From contig OZ220089.1 in the NCBI GenBank assembly GCA_964291625.2, positions 2,400,001 through 2,464,000 on the forward strand: 64,000 nucleotides of DNA, given 5' to 3'. This document shows, in pieces, positions 17,891-26,353 of the stretch (position 1 is its first letter; each line of letters starts with the position of its first letter). The position numbers and the translations under genes are program-made. The notes below the pieces were generated by a model. The model had not been told where the DNA came from, ran no database searches, and saw nothing but the letters and a program-made list of their open reading frames with translations. This DNA is from Candidatus Latescibacterota bacterium. GTDB taxonomy: Bacteria; Latescibacterota; UBA2968; UBA8231.

Positions 17891-19432
17891 ATGACCCCGC
17901 GTATACAGCGGCAGGTGGATCACCCCGGGGGCGGGGTCCGCGGCAAGGTGGCGGGCGGGGCGCTCCTGGCCCTGGCCCTTGCCGGCTGCGCCTCGGAGCC
18001 GAAACTCCCGAGCGGTCCGGACCCGGATGGGACCGGTGATCCCGTCACCCTGGCCTTCGCCGATTCGGCACTGCAGGCGGCCGTGGACGAGGCCGGGGCC
18101 GGCGCCGAGGTGGTCTCCCTGACCGCCGAGGACCGGGGCATCGCCGACCTCGGCGGGATCGAGCAGCTCACCCGGCTCGAGGCCCTGGACCTGTCCCACA
18201 ACGAAATCACCGACATCTCCCCCCTGGCCGGCCTTCGCCGCCTGCGCTTCCTCGACCTGGAGAGCAACCGCATCGAGGACGTGTCGCCGCTGGCCTCCCT
18301 GAAGCGGTTGCAGGTCCTGCTCCTGGCGGACAACGCGGTGCGGGATGTGTCGGCCCTCGCGGGTCTGGACAGCCTGCAGAGCCTGTCCTTGACCGGCAAT
18401 CCCCTGAGTGACACGGAGATGGAGGAGTTCCTAGCCGGCCTGCGCGAGCGGGGGGTGACCGTCGACTTCGAGGCTCCTGGGGCACCCGGCGCGAGCGAAG
18501 ACGGCGTCGCGCCTTTGAAGGAGACACAGTTGCTGTTCTCCTCGACGCGGGGCACGGGGTACCAGGCCCACCCCGAGCTGTTCTCCCTGGACCTGGAGAC
18601 TGGGCAGGTCGTGAACCTGTCCGCCGAGCTGGCCCTGGCACCTCTTGCAGACGGCTCGCTGCCGGAAACCGTGACGGTCCAGCTGAGCGATGGCGAGCAG
18701 CCGGCCCGGTCCCCCGACGGGTCGAGGGTGGCCTTTTCTTCGTACAGGGACCGAAACAACGAGATCTACGTAATGCGAGCCGATGGCAGCCGGCCGGAGA
18801 ACCTCACTCGGCACGAGGCACAGGACTGGGGACCTTGCTGGTCCCCCGACGGGCGCCGAATCGCCTTCACCTCGGATCGCCACGGTGAACGGGAGAGGCC
18901 CCCCGGAAGCGGCCACTACAACAGCGATGTCTTCATCATGGACGCCGACGGATCGGGCGTTCAGCAACTGACCTTCGATCCCGTGGAAGCCCGGGACCCG
19001 GCCTGGTCCCCCGACGGTCTGTCCATCGTCTACATCAGCTACCGGGATATTCCCGCCGGCCCCCCGGCGATCTACCGCATCGACCTGGCCAGCGGCGTCG
19101 ACCAGCGCCTCTCCAGCGACCATTGGGTGTCGGACCCATCCTGGTCCCCCGACGGCGCCCGAATCGCCTTTGTCAGGCAATCGGGTCTCACGAGCCACGT
19201 TTGGGTGATGGCTGCCGACGGCAGCGACGCCCGGAAGGTGACCTCCGTCGAGGCCTGGGTTTGGGGCCTCACCTGGTCCCCCGACGGCACCCGCATCGCT
19301 TACGGACGCGAGGACGACTGGGGTGACGACGTGGGATCCGACATCTACATAGTCTCGGTAGACTCCGGTGCCGAAGAGCGGATCACCGATCACCCAGGCT
19401 GGGACAACGACCCGAACTGGACACCCTTCTGA
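17891..19432 (+). CDS. Lipoprotein with internalin-like leucine-rich repeats fused to a TolB-like (PD40) beta-propeller
   Basis: Lipobox 'LALAGC', LRRs 'LEALDLSHNEITDISPLAGLRRLRFLDLESNRIEDVSPL', repeated 'P.WSPDG.RIAF'. Confidence 0.85.
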   Translation: MTPRIQRQVDHPGGGVRGKVAGGALLALALAGCASEPKLPSGPDPDGTGDPVTLAFADSALQAAVDEAGAGAEVVSLTAEDRGIADLGGIEQLTRLEALDLSHNEITDISPLAGLRRLRFLDLESNRIEDVSPLASLKRLQVLLLADNAVRDVSALAGLDSLQSLSLTGNPLSDTEMEEFLAGLRERGVTVDFEAPGAPGASEDGVAPLKETQLLFSSTRGTGYQAHPELFSLDLETGQVVNLSAELALAPLADGSLPETVTVQLSDGEQPARSPDGSRVAFSSYRDRNNEIYVMRADGSRPENLTRHEAQDWGPCWSPDGRRIAFTSDRHGERERPPGSGHYNSDVFIMDADGSGVQQLTFDPVEARDPAWSPDGLSIVYISYRDIPAGPPAIYRIDLASGVDQRLSSDHWVSDPSWSPDGARIAFVRQSGLTSHVWVMAADGSDARKVTSVEAWVWGLTWSPDGTRIAYGREDDWGDDVGSDIYIVSVDSGAEERITDHPGWDNDPNWTPF

Positions 19433-19442
19433 GAGGGATGCG

Positions 19443-20582
19443 ATGAAGATCACGAGAATCAAGTCGATGCGGATCCAGGGGGTGCCCTGGACCTGGACCC
19501 TGGTCAAGGTGGAGACCGACGAGGGGATCCACGGCATCGGCGAGGCGCAACTGCCCATCGGCGTGGCCGACGTCCTGCAACGAATCGAGCAGATCATCGC
19601 CGGCGAGGACCCGCGCCAGGTGGTCCCGCTGGCGCAGAAGATCTACCGGTCCCTCTCCGGCGCCGGGTCAACCGGCGGCAGCATCGTCCTCGCGCTGTCC
19701 GGCGTGGAGCTGGCCCTGTGGGATCTGCACGGCAAGATCACCGGGCTGCCCCTGTGGCAGCTGCTCGGCGGCAAGTACCGCGACCGGGTGCGGATCTACG
19801 CCGACACCGGCCGCCCCGGCGACCGGTCGCCCGAGGCCTACGGGGACGCCGTCCGCGAGCGGGTGGAGGCGGGCTACTCGGTGGTCAAAGTGGACATCGA
19901 CAACAGCGCCCCCGCGGAGTACCGGACCGATGCCCACAACCGCGCCCTCTCCCGGCGGGAGGTCGACTACATGAGCGCCGTGAGCCACGCCGCCTACGAG
20001 GCCCTGCCCGCCCACGCCGAGCTGTGCCTCGACCTGCACTGGTGCTACCAGACGGCCGACGCCCTGAGGGTGGCCCGCCGGCTGGAGGAGATCGACATCC
20101 TCTGGCTCGAGGACCCGACCCCGCCCGAGGACCTGGACGCCCTGAAGTACGTCACCGACCACACGTCGGTGCCGATCGCCTGCGGCGAGAACCACTGGAT
20201 GAGCCACGGACTGCGGCCGATGATCGAGCGCCGGGCCGCCGACATCATCACCCCCGACATCCCACGCTTCGGCGGCATCCAGGAGGCCCGCAAGGTGGCC
20301 GAGCTGTGCGAGCAGCACTACCTCGGCTTCGCCCCCCACAACATCTGCACCCCCGTGGGCACGGTCGCCTCCGCCCACGTCTGCGCCAACGCCCCCAACT
20401 TCCTCGCCCTCGAGCACCACGGCCTCGACTGCCCCTGGTGGGACGACATCGCCGCCGACTGGGGCGGACCCGTCGTCGTCGACGGCCACATCACCCTGCC
20501 GGACCGTCCGGGGATCGGGGTGGAGCTGAACGAGGAGCTGCTGCGGGCCCACCTCGCCGAGGGCGAGAGCTGGTGGGACTGA
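19443..20582 (+). CDS. Mandelate racemase/muconate lactonizing enzyme family (sugar-acid dehydratase-like)
   Basis: 'TLVKVETDEGIHGIGE', 'ELALWDLHGK', 'KVD', 'DLH', 'WLEDP', 'GEN', 'APHN'. Confidence 0.9.
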   Translation: MKITRIKSMRIQGVPWTWTLVKVETDEGIHGIGEAQLPIGVADVLQRIEQIIAGEDPRQVVPLAQKIYRSLSGAGSTGGSIVLALSGVELALWDLHGKITGLPLWQLLGGKYRDRVRIYADTGRPGDRSPEAYGDAVRERVEAGYSVVKVDIDNSAPAEYRTDAHNRALSRREVDYMSAVSHAAYEALPAHAELCLDLHWCYQTADALRVARRLEEIDILWLEDPTPPEDLDALKYVTDHTSVPIACGENHWMSHGLRPMIERRAADIITPDIPRFGGIQEARKVAELCEQHYLGFAPHNICTPVGTVASAHVCANAPNFLALEHHGLDCPWWDDIAADWGGPVVVDGHITLPDRPGIGVELNEELLRAHLAEGESWWD

Positions 20583-20603
20583 GGGGCTGAGGCCGCCCGG
20601 CCT

Positions 20604-21401
20604 CTACGAGTCGTCCACCCAGTGGCGGAAGAGGGGCTTCACCTTTTCCGGCAGGCCGGCGAAGACCCCGGCCGGCACCAGGGGCACCTCGTTCTCCGAC
20701 ATGCCCCCCGCGGTGAGCCGCTCGCGCTCGTCCGATGCCGGCCTCAGGGAGTCCAGGTTCAGCCACCAGGGGGCGAAGCGGATCGGCATGGCCACCCGCG
20801 GCTCACGCGTCTCGTTGGGGCTGATGGCGTGCCACAGGCGGCTGTCCATGACCAGCACCGATCCCGCCGCACCCTCCACCGGGATCTCCTCCGGATGGGG
20901 CCGGTCCGCATCGACGTCGACGCCCCCCGTGGGGTTGTCGTCCCTCCGGTGCGACCCGGGCACCACTCGGGTGCCGGTCTCGGCCGTGAAGGGGGTGAGC
21001 ATCCAGATCGTCGTCAGGTGCATCACGGCGTCGGGGTAGGGGGCCGGCACGTGGCCGGCGTTGTTCTGATTGAAGGGCCAGTCGGCGTGCCAGCCGCCGC
21101 GCGGGTTGCCCGGCCAGGTGACCATGCAGGTCGTGTAGGAGACGCGTACGTGCTCGCCCAGGAGCGCCTTGCACACCCCCATCAGGCGGGGCTCGGCCAA
21201 GTAGGGGGCGAAGGACTGATCGACGTTGATCGTGCCCGAGACCTTGTCCACGTAGCTGCGCGGATCGTCGATCTTGTGCTCCGCCACCGAGGCCCGCAGG
21301 CTGGCGCAGACCCCGCCCACGGCGCCGGCGGGGATCACCCCTTCGAGCACGCAGAACCCGTCTTCGGCGATGCGTTCCAGGTACGGCTGGATCTCTGACA
21401 T
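20604..21401 (-). CDS. Phytanoyl-CoA dioxygenase (PhyH) family Fe(II)/2OG oxygenase
   Basis: 'DGFCVLEGVI', HxD 'WHADWP', 'VVPGSH', distal His 'RLWHA'. Confidence 0.9.
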   Translation of the reverse strand: MSEIQPYLERIAEDGFCVLEGVIPAGAVGGVCASLRASVAEHKIDDPRSYVDKVSGTINVDQSFAPYLAEPRLMGVCKALLGEHVRVSYTTCMVTWPGNPRGGWHADWPFNQNNAGHVPAPYPDAVMHLTTIWMLTPFTAETGTRVVPGSHRRDDNPTGGVDVDADRPHPEEIPVEGAAGSVLVMDSRLWHAISPNETREPRVAMPIRFAPWWLNLDSLRPASDERERLTAGGMSENEVPLVPAGVFAGLPEKVKPLFRHWVDDS

Positions 21402-21641
21402 GGGGATCTCCGGGAAGCTGAACGGCCGGGGCGGGTCAGCCTGACAGGATAGAAGCCCACCCGGCCGCCGGCAACGCCAGGGAAGACCGATGGCGTCCCC
21501 GTGTCGCCACGAGGCCACAAGGCCGTCACCCAGGGCACCCAACCCGGCCTTCCGCGCACACGGCCCCGGCCCGGCCTCCCGGCTGCCGATCCTCCGCCGC
21601 CGCAGGAGGTTGCGGCAACCCCACCGGGATCCCGGCGGGCA

Positions 21642-21657
21642 TGGCACGACCCCTGCT
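21642..21657 (+). promoter_or_regulatory. sigma54 (-24/-12) promoter
   Basis: TGGCACGACCCCTGCT: GG and GC at the canonical spacing, ~45 nt before ATG 21701. TGT-N12-ACA at 21502-21519 may be an enhancer site. Confidence 0.6.
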
Positions 21658-21700
21658 ACGGCCTGCCTCCACCACCTTTCGCGGCCAGGAGGACCGTGCC

Positions 21701-24397
21701 ATGACACGCTCCCATCTCCACCGGATCGACTCCAGCGGATGGTCCCGCCGCCGTCCCCGCTGCCAGGGGCCGCCGACGCGGCGGCGGCCTTCGAACCGCC
21801 GGACCCGCCGCCCTCCGGGAGCGGCCGGTGTGGTCGTCACCGCGGCGGTGGCCGCCGCCGCGCTCCTCGCCGCCGCTCCCGCGGCCGCCCAGGTGCGGAT
21901 CCAGGAGGTCCTCTACGACGGCGCCGGCTCCGACGTCGTCGATGTCTTCACCGAGTTGTCCGGCCCGCCCGGCACGTCGCTGGACGGCTGGTCCCTCGTC
22001 GGGGTCAACGGCGGCGACGGGGAACCGTACCGCACCGTCGATCTCAGCGGCGCCGCCATACCCGCCGACGGCATCCTGGTCGTGGCCGCCAGCAAGGCCA
22101 ACCCCGGGCTGGCCGCGATCCGGGATCTCACCGGCTCCGTGGACTGGCAGAACGGTCCGGACGCGGTGCAGCTGCGCGACTCCAACGACCAGATCGTGGA
22201 CGCCCTGCAGTTCGGCGACGCCGGTGCCTTCAACGCCGGGGAGGGCACCCCCGCGCCCCTGACCCCGGCCGGCCACAGCCTGTCCCGGGACGTGGCCGGC
22301 ACCGACACCGGCGACAACGCCGCCGACTTCTCCATTCTCCAGGTGCCCACCCCCGGAACCGCGGCGACGGAGGGCTTCACCATCTCCCTGCCCGACACCA
22401 CCGCCGGCGGGGGCGACACCCTGGCCGTACCCGTGCGCTTCACCGACTCCAGCGCCGGCGACGTGCTGGCGGCCGAGCTGTTCGTGGCCTACGACGGCGG
22501 CCTGCTCTCTCCGCTCGGGGTGAAGCCGGCGGGGCTCTTCGACGCCCGGCAGTGGCAGCTGGCCAGCAACACCCTGGAGGGAGACGGCGCCGACGCCGAC
22601 ACCCTGCGCATCGCCATGGCCACCGACACCAACCCCCTCTCGGGCGACGGCACCCTCGTGCGGGCGCGCTTCGTGGTCGCCGACCTGCGCCGCCCCGCGG
22701 CCACGGGACTCACCATCGAGCACCTCTCCCTCAACGACGGCAGCCTGCCCGCCGGGGGCCGCGACGGCGCCGTGACCCTCCTGGGCTCCGACGCGAGCCT
22801 GGTCCACACCCCCGCCCGGGTGGTGATGCACGACTCCCTGAGCATCGCCGTCACCGATCCCGATGTGGACCGGGATCCGCAGAAGCCGGACACCCTGGCG
22901 ATCTACCTCCGTCAGAGAACCTCCAGGAGTGCCGTCGGCAAGCCGGACACCCTCGCGGCTGTCGAGACCGGGATCTCCTCGGGGATCTTCGCCAGCCGCC
23001 TGGCCGTCCTCCACCAGGGCGGGGCCGCGAAAGGGGAGACCGTCTCCGCCGATGCGGTCCGGACCTGGCCCGGCCGCCGGCTCCAGCTCTGCTTCGACGA
23101 CTCCCTCGACGCGGGCGGCGCAACGACCCGGCGCTGCACGGTGCTGGCCGTGCCCGCCCACGACGCCCGGCTGGACGCCACCGTCGTCGCCGAGCCGGGC
23201 GACACCCTGTGGATGCGCCTGATCGACGCCGACGCCAACGAGCGGCCGAAGGCCGTCGACACGGCCTCCATCAGACTCATCAACGGAGAGGACACGCGTA
23301 CCGTGTCCCTCGAGGAGACCGGCCTGAGCGACAGCGTGTTCTTCGGCCACCTCGTGACCGGCGACCGTCTGTCGGTGGCCGGCGGCGACACCCTGCGTCC
23401 GACCTACCGGGACCTGCACAACACCGGCGGCACGGAGAGACTGGTCTCCGACACCACTCACGTCCTCGGCCTCTTCGGCGACGCCGACGCCAACGCCCGG
23501 CTGCAGGCCTACGACGCCTCCCGGATCCTCAACCACGTGCTGGGGCCCCTGCTGACCGAGCGCGACTCCCTCGCCGCCAACGTCGACTCCCTCGCTCCCT
23601 TCGGCGCCATCACCCCCTACGACGCAGCCCTCGTGCTGCAACAGCGAGTCGGCCTGCTGGGGCGGTTTCCCGTCCAGGAACCGGTGGCCGTCAACCATCC
23701 CCCGTCCACCCCGGACCCCCCCGCCGAATCCAGCTCGGAAGCCGGGCGGCCCCTGGCGGCGACTCGCCGCCTGGAGCTGCGGGACCGGGGCGACCACCTC
23801 GCCCTGTGGCTGGACGAGCGCTCCGGGATCGTCGCCGGGGACGTGCTGCTCCAGTGGCCGGAGGGGCTGGAGACGCGCTTCGAGCCGGCCCCCGACCTGC
23901 AGGGTTTCCTGCTCGCCTCGGCCCCGGCGGCGGGGGATTCCCACGGTCTGCGCGTCGTCCTGGCCGGCGCCACGCCGGCGACCGGTCCCGGCGAGCTCTT
24001 CCGCATCCACGCGCCGGGCGGCGACGGGCTCTCCGGCGGGGCGGTGACGGGTGCCCGCTTCAACGACGGCCGCATCCCGGCGCGGGTAGCCGCACCAGCT
24101 CCGGGCCCGCCCGTGCCCACCAGGTTCGCCCTGCACGCCAACCACCCGAACCCCTTCAACGCCGGCACCGTGATCCCCTTCGAGCTGGCCGATGCGGGAC
24201 AGGTCCGGCTGTCGGTGGTCAACCTGGTGGGCCAGGAGGTGCGCAAGCTGGTGCGGGAGAGCCGGCGGGCGGGCGCCCACCGGGTCCGCTGGGACGGACG
24301 CGACGAGGGGGGCCGGGCGGCGGCGACCGGGGTCTACCTCGTGCGGCTGCAGGCCGGGGACCGGGAGCGCACGCGGCGGATGCTGTTGCTGCGGTAG
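21701..24397 (+). CDS. Secreted lamin-tail + cohesin + dockerin-like + FlgD/T9SS-like C-terminal domain protein
   Basis: Signal peptide, LTD 'VRIQEVLYDGAGSD...FTELSG', cohesin-like 'SLPDTTAGGGDTLAVPV...AAELFVAYD', duplicated dockerin-like 'GDADANARLQAYDASRIL' / 'ANVD...AITPYDAALVL', CTD 'NHPNPFN...WDGRDEGG...GVY'. Confidence 0.8.
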   Translation: MTRSHLHRIDSSGWSRRRPRCQGPPTRRRPSNRRTRRPPGAAGVVVTAAVAAAALLAAAPAAAQVRIQEVLYDGAGSDVVDVFTELSGPPGTSLDGWSLVGVNGGDGEPYRTVDLSGAAIPADGILVVAASKANPGLAAIRDLTGSVDWQNGPDAVQLRDSNDQIVDALQFGDAGAFNAGEGTPAPLTPAGHSLSRDVAGTDTGDNAADFSILQVPTPGTAATEGFTISLPDTTAGGGDTLAVPVRFTDSSAGDVLAAELFVAYDGGLLSPLGVKPAGLFDARQWQLASNTLEGDGADADTLRIAMATDTNPLSGDGTLVRARFVVADLRRPAATGLTIEHLSLNDGSLPAGGRDGAVTLLGSDASLVHTPARVVMHDSLSIAVTDPDVDRDPQKPDTLAIYLRQRTSRSAVGKPDTLAAVETGISSGIFASRLAVLHQGGAAKGETVSADAVRTWPGRRLQLCFDDSLDAGGATTRRCTVLAVPAHDARLDATVVAEPGDTLWMRLIDADANERPKAVDTASIRLINGEDTRTVSLEETGLSDSVFFGHLVTGDRLSVAGGDTLRPTYRDLHNTGGTERLVSDTTHVLGLFGDADANARLQAYDASRILNHVLGPLLTERDSLAANVDSLAPFGAITPYDAALVLQQRVGLLGRFPVQEPVAVNHPPSTPDPPAESSSEAGRPLAATRRLELRDRGDHLALWLDERSGIVAGDVLLQWPEGLETRFEPAPDLQGFLLASAPAAGDSHGLRVVLAGATPATGPGELFRIHAPGGDGLSGGAVTGARFNDGRIPARVAAPAPGPPVPTRFALHANHPNPFNAGTVIPFELADAGQVRLSVVNLVGQEVRKLVRESRRAGAHRVRWDGRDEGGRAAATGVYLVRLQAGDRERTRRMLLLR

Positions 24398-24421
24398 TGC
24401 CGCGCCCGGGTACCCAGGCCC

Positions 24422-25195
24422 TCAGCCCTTGGGCACCACCAGGGCGCGGTCGCCGTACGGGATCGAGTCCATGCCGGTGTCGTAGATGCGCTCGAGAAAG
24501 TCCCGGTCCCAGGGCCGCTCGGCTGCCGGCAGACGCTCCACCGCGCCGTCCTTCAGAAAGATGAAGTGGTCGCCGTAGAGGAAGGCGCTGTTGGGGTCGT
24601 GGAGGACGGCGAGGACGGTGAGGTCGGCGTCCACCAGCTCGCGGATCAGGCGCAGGAGGTGGGCCGAGTTGAGGAAGTCGAGGTGGGAGGTCGGCTCGTC
24701 GAGGAGGATGAGGCGGGGCTGCTGCGCCAGGACCCGGGCGATGCGCACCATCTGCTGCTCGCCCCCCGACAGCTCGGTGTAGGGGCGCTCCCTCAGGTGC
24801 AGGATGCCGACCCGCCGCAGGGCGTCGACGGCGATCTCCAGGTCCTCCTTCTTGGGCGCGTAGCTCACGTAGCTGGCGCGCCCGGTGAGCACCACGTCCT
24901 CCACGGCGAAGGGGAAGACCGCGCGGTGGTGCTGCGGCAGGTAGCCGAGGACCTTGGCCCGCCCCCGGGTGGAGAAGGAGAGCAGCTCCTCGCCCATGAT
25001 GCGCACCTCGCCGCGCTCGAACTCCAGCATGCCGCCGAGGATGCGCATGAGGGTCGACTTGCCGCTGCCGTTCTTGCCCAGCAGGACCGTGAACTGCCCC
25101 TGCGGGATCTCCAGGGAGATGTCGTCGAGGATCGGCCTCCCCTCGTAGGCGAAGGAGAGTCCGTCGACCTGGATCGCGGGCCCTAGTTCTCCCAT
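24422..25195 (-). CDS. Iron-chelate/cobalamin ABC transporter ATP-binding protein
   Basis: Walker A GKNGSGKS, LSGGE, 'LLDEPTSHLD', 'VLHD'. Confidence 0.92.
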   Translation of the reverse strand: MGELGPAIQVDGLSFAYEGRPILDDISLEIPQGQFTVLLGKNGSGKSTLMRILGGMLEFERGEVRIMGEELLSFSTRGRAKVLGYLPQHHRAVFPFAVEDVVLTGRASYVSYAPKKEDLEIAVDALRRVGILHLRERPYTELSGGEQQMVRIARVLAQQPRLILLDEPTSHLDFLNSAHLLRLIRELVDADLTVLAVLHDPNSAFLYGDHFIFLKDGAVERLPAAERPWDRDFLERIYDTGMDSIPYGDRALVVPKG

Positions 25196-26184
25196 CCGAT
25201 CCGCGCCTTCTTGAGGAGGAAGATGAAGAACGGCCCGCCGAGGAGGGTGGTGAAGACCCCCACGGGGATCTCGAAGGCGGCCAGTGTCCGCGAGCAGGTG
25301 TCGACCAGCAGCAGGAAGGCCCCGCCGAAGGCGAAGGAGGCCGGCAGGGTGTGGCGGTTGTCCGGCCCCAGCAGCATGCGCACCATGTGCGGGACCGCCA
25401 GCCCGATCATGCCGATGACGCCGGCCACGGCGATCGCCGCCGACGCGGCCAGGGTCGCCGGAATGAGCACCAGGACCCGCTCGCGCTCCGGGTTGAGACC
25501 CACGGCCCGGGCCTCTTCGTCGCCCTGGGCGAGCACGTTCATGCGCCAGCGGAACAGGAACAGCCAGACCACCCCGACCCCCACGCCCGGGGCCGCCGAG
25601 CGCAGCTTGGACCAGCTCGAGTTGTGCAGGTTGCCCATGGTCCAGTGGACGATCGTCTGCAGCTTGTAGGGGTCGGTGAGGAACTGCACGATCGTCAGCA
25701 GGGCGGTGAAGATGCCGGTGACGATCACCCCCGAGAGGATGAGGGAGACGACCGACACGGTCTTGCGGGTGCGGGCCAGGAAGTAGGCGAGGCCGACGGC
25801 GAGGAGGGCGAAGGCGAAAGCCGACGGCTGCACCGGCAGCAACGGCAGGGTCAGGGCCAGGGCGGCGCCGAAGGCGGCCCCCGAGGAGAGGCCGAGGATG
25901 TAGGGGGCCACGAGGGGGTTGCGGAACAGCGCCTGCAGGGCGTTGCCGGCCGCGGCCAGGGACCCTCCCACGAGGAAGGTGAGGAGGATGCGCGGCATCC
26001 GCACCTCCCAGACGATGGTGCCCACCAGCGACTCCTCGCCGCCGGCCTCGCCGAAGACCAGGCCCCAGAGCCAGGCGAGGATCTTCCCCGCCTCGGCGCT
26101 CGCCGAGGGGCCCAGGAGCAGGGACCCGAAGAGGACGGGCAGGGGGAAGAAGTAGATGATGCGGCGCCGCAGGGTGACGTTCAC
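25183..26184 (-). CDS. FecCD/BtuC family ABC permease
   Basis: 'VRMPRIL', 'LQALFRNPLV', 'GLAVPHMVR', 'EIPVGVFTTLLGGPFFIFLL'. GTG start with GGAAGG RBS. Confidence 0.92.
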   Translation of the reverse strand: MNVTLRRRIIYFFPLPVLFGSLLLGPSASAEAGKILAWLWGLVFGEAGGEESLVGTIVWEVRMPRILLTFLVGGSLAAAGNALQALFRNPLVAPYILGLSSGAAFGAALALTLPLLPVQPSAFAFALLAVGLAYFLARTRKTVSVVSLILSGVIVTGIFTALLTIVQFLTDPYKLQTIVHWTMGNLHNSSWSKLRSAAPGVGVGVVWLFLFRWRMNVLAQGDEEARAVGLNPERERVLVLIPATLAASAAIAVAGVIGMIGLAVPHMVRMLLGPDNRHTLPASFAFGGAFLLLVDTCSRTLAAFEIPVGVFTTLLGGPFFIFLLKKARIGWEN

Positions 26185-26353
26185 GGGCCGCCTTCCGGTG
26201 AGTACATTCCTACCTGAGAACCGTAATGCGGTGGGATCACGGAGGCCCAAGAATAACGCCGTCAGTCTCTCCGGGCGACCCCATGCAAGAAGCGCAGCAC
26301 GAGCCGGCACTGCTCAGTCCAGCACCATCTAGTGCAGAGAAGGAATCAATCCC

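Noticed and set aside
18700-19300. Recurrent 'tggtcccccgacgg' DNA repeats as a CRISPR-like array
   Set aside because: They are in-frame codons of WSPDG (PD40) protein repeats; no CRISPR array or cas gene was seen in the window.
17745-19432. tRNA-Met as the integration site of an island
   Set aside because: No integrase and no duplicated tRNA 3' end seen in the window.
21402-21700. Cobalamin or other riboswitch in the 300-bp intergenic region
   Set aside because: No convincing B12-box or other aptamer core; better explained as a sigma54 promoter with enhancer space.
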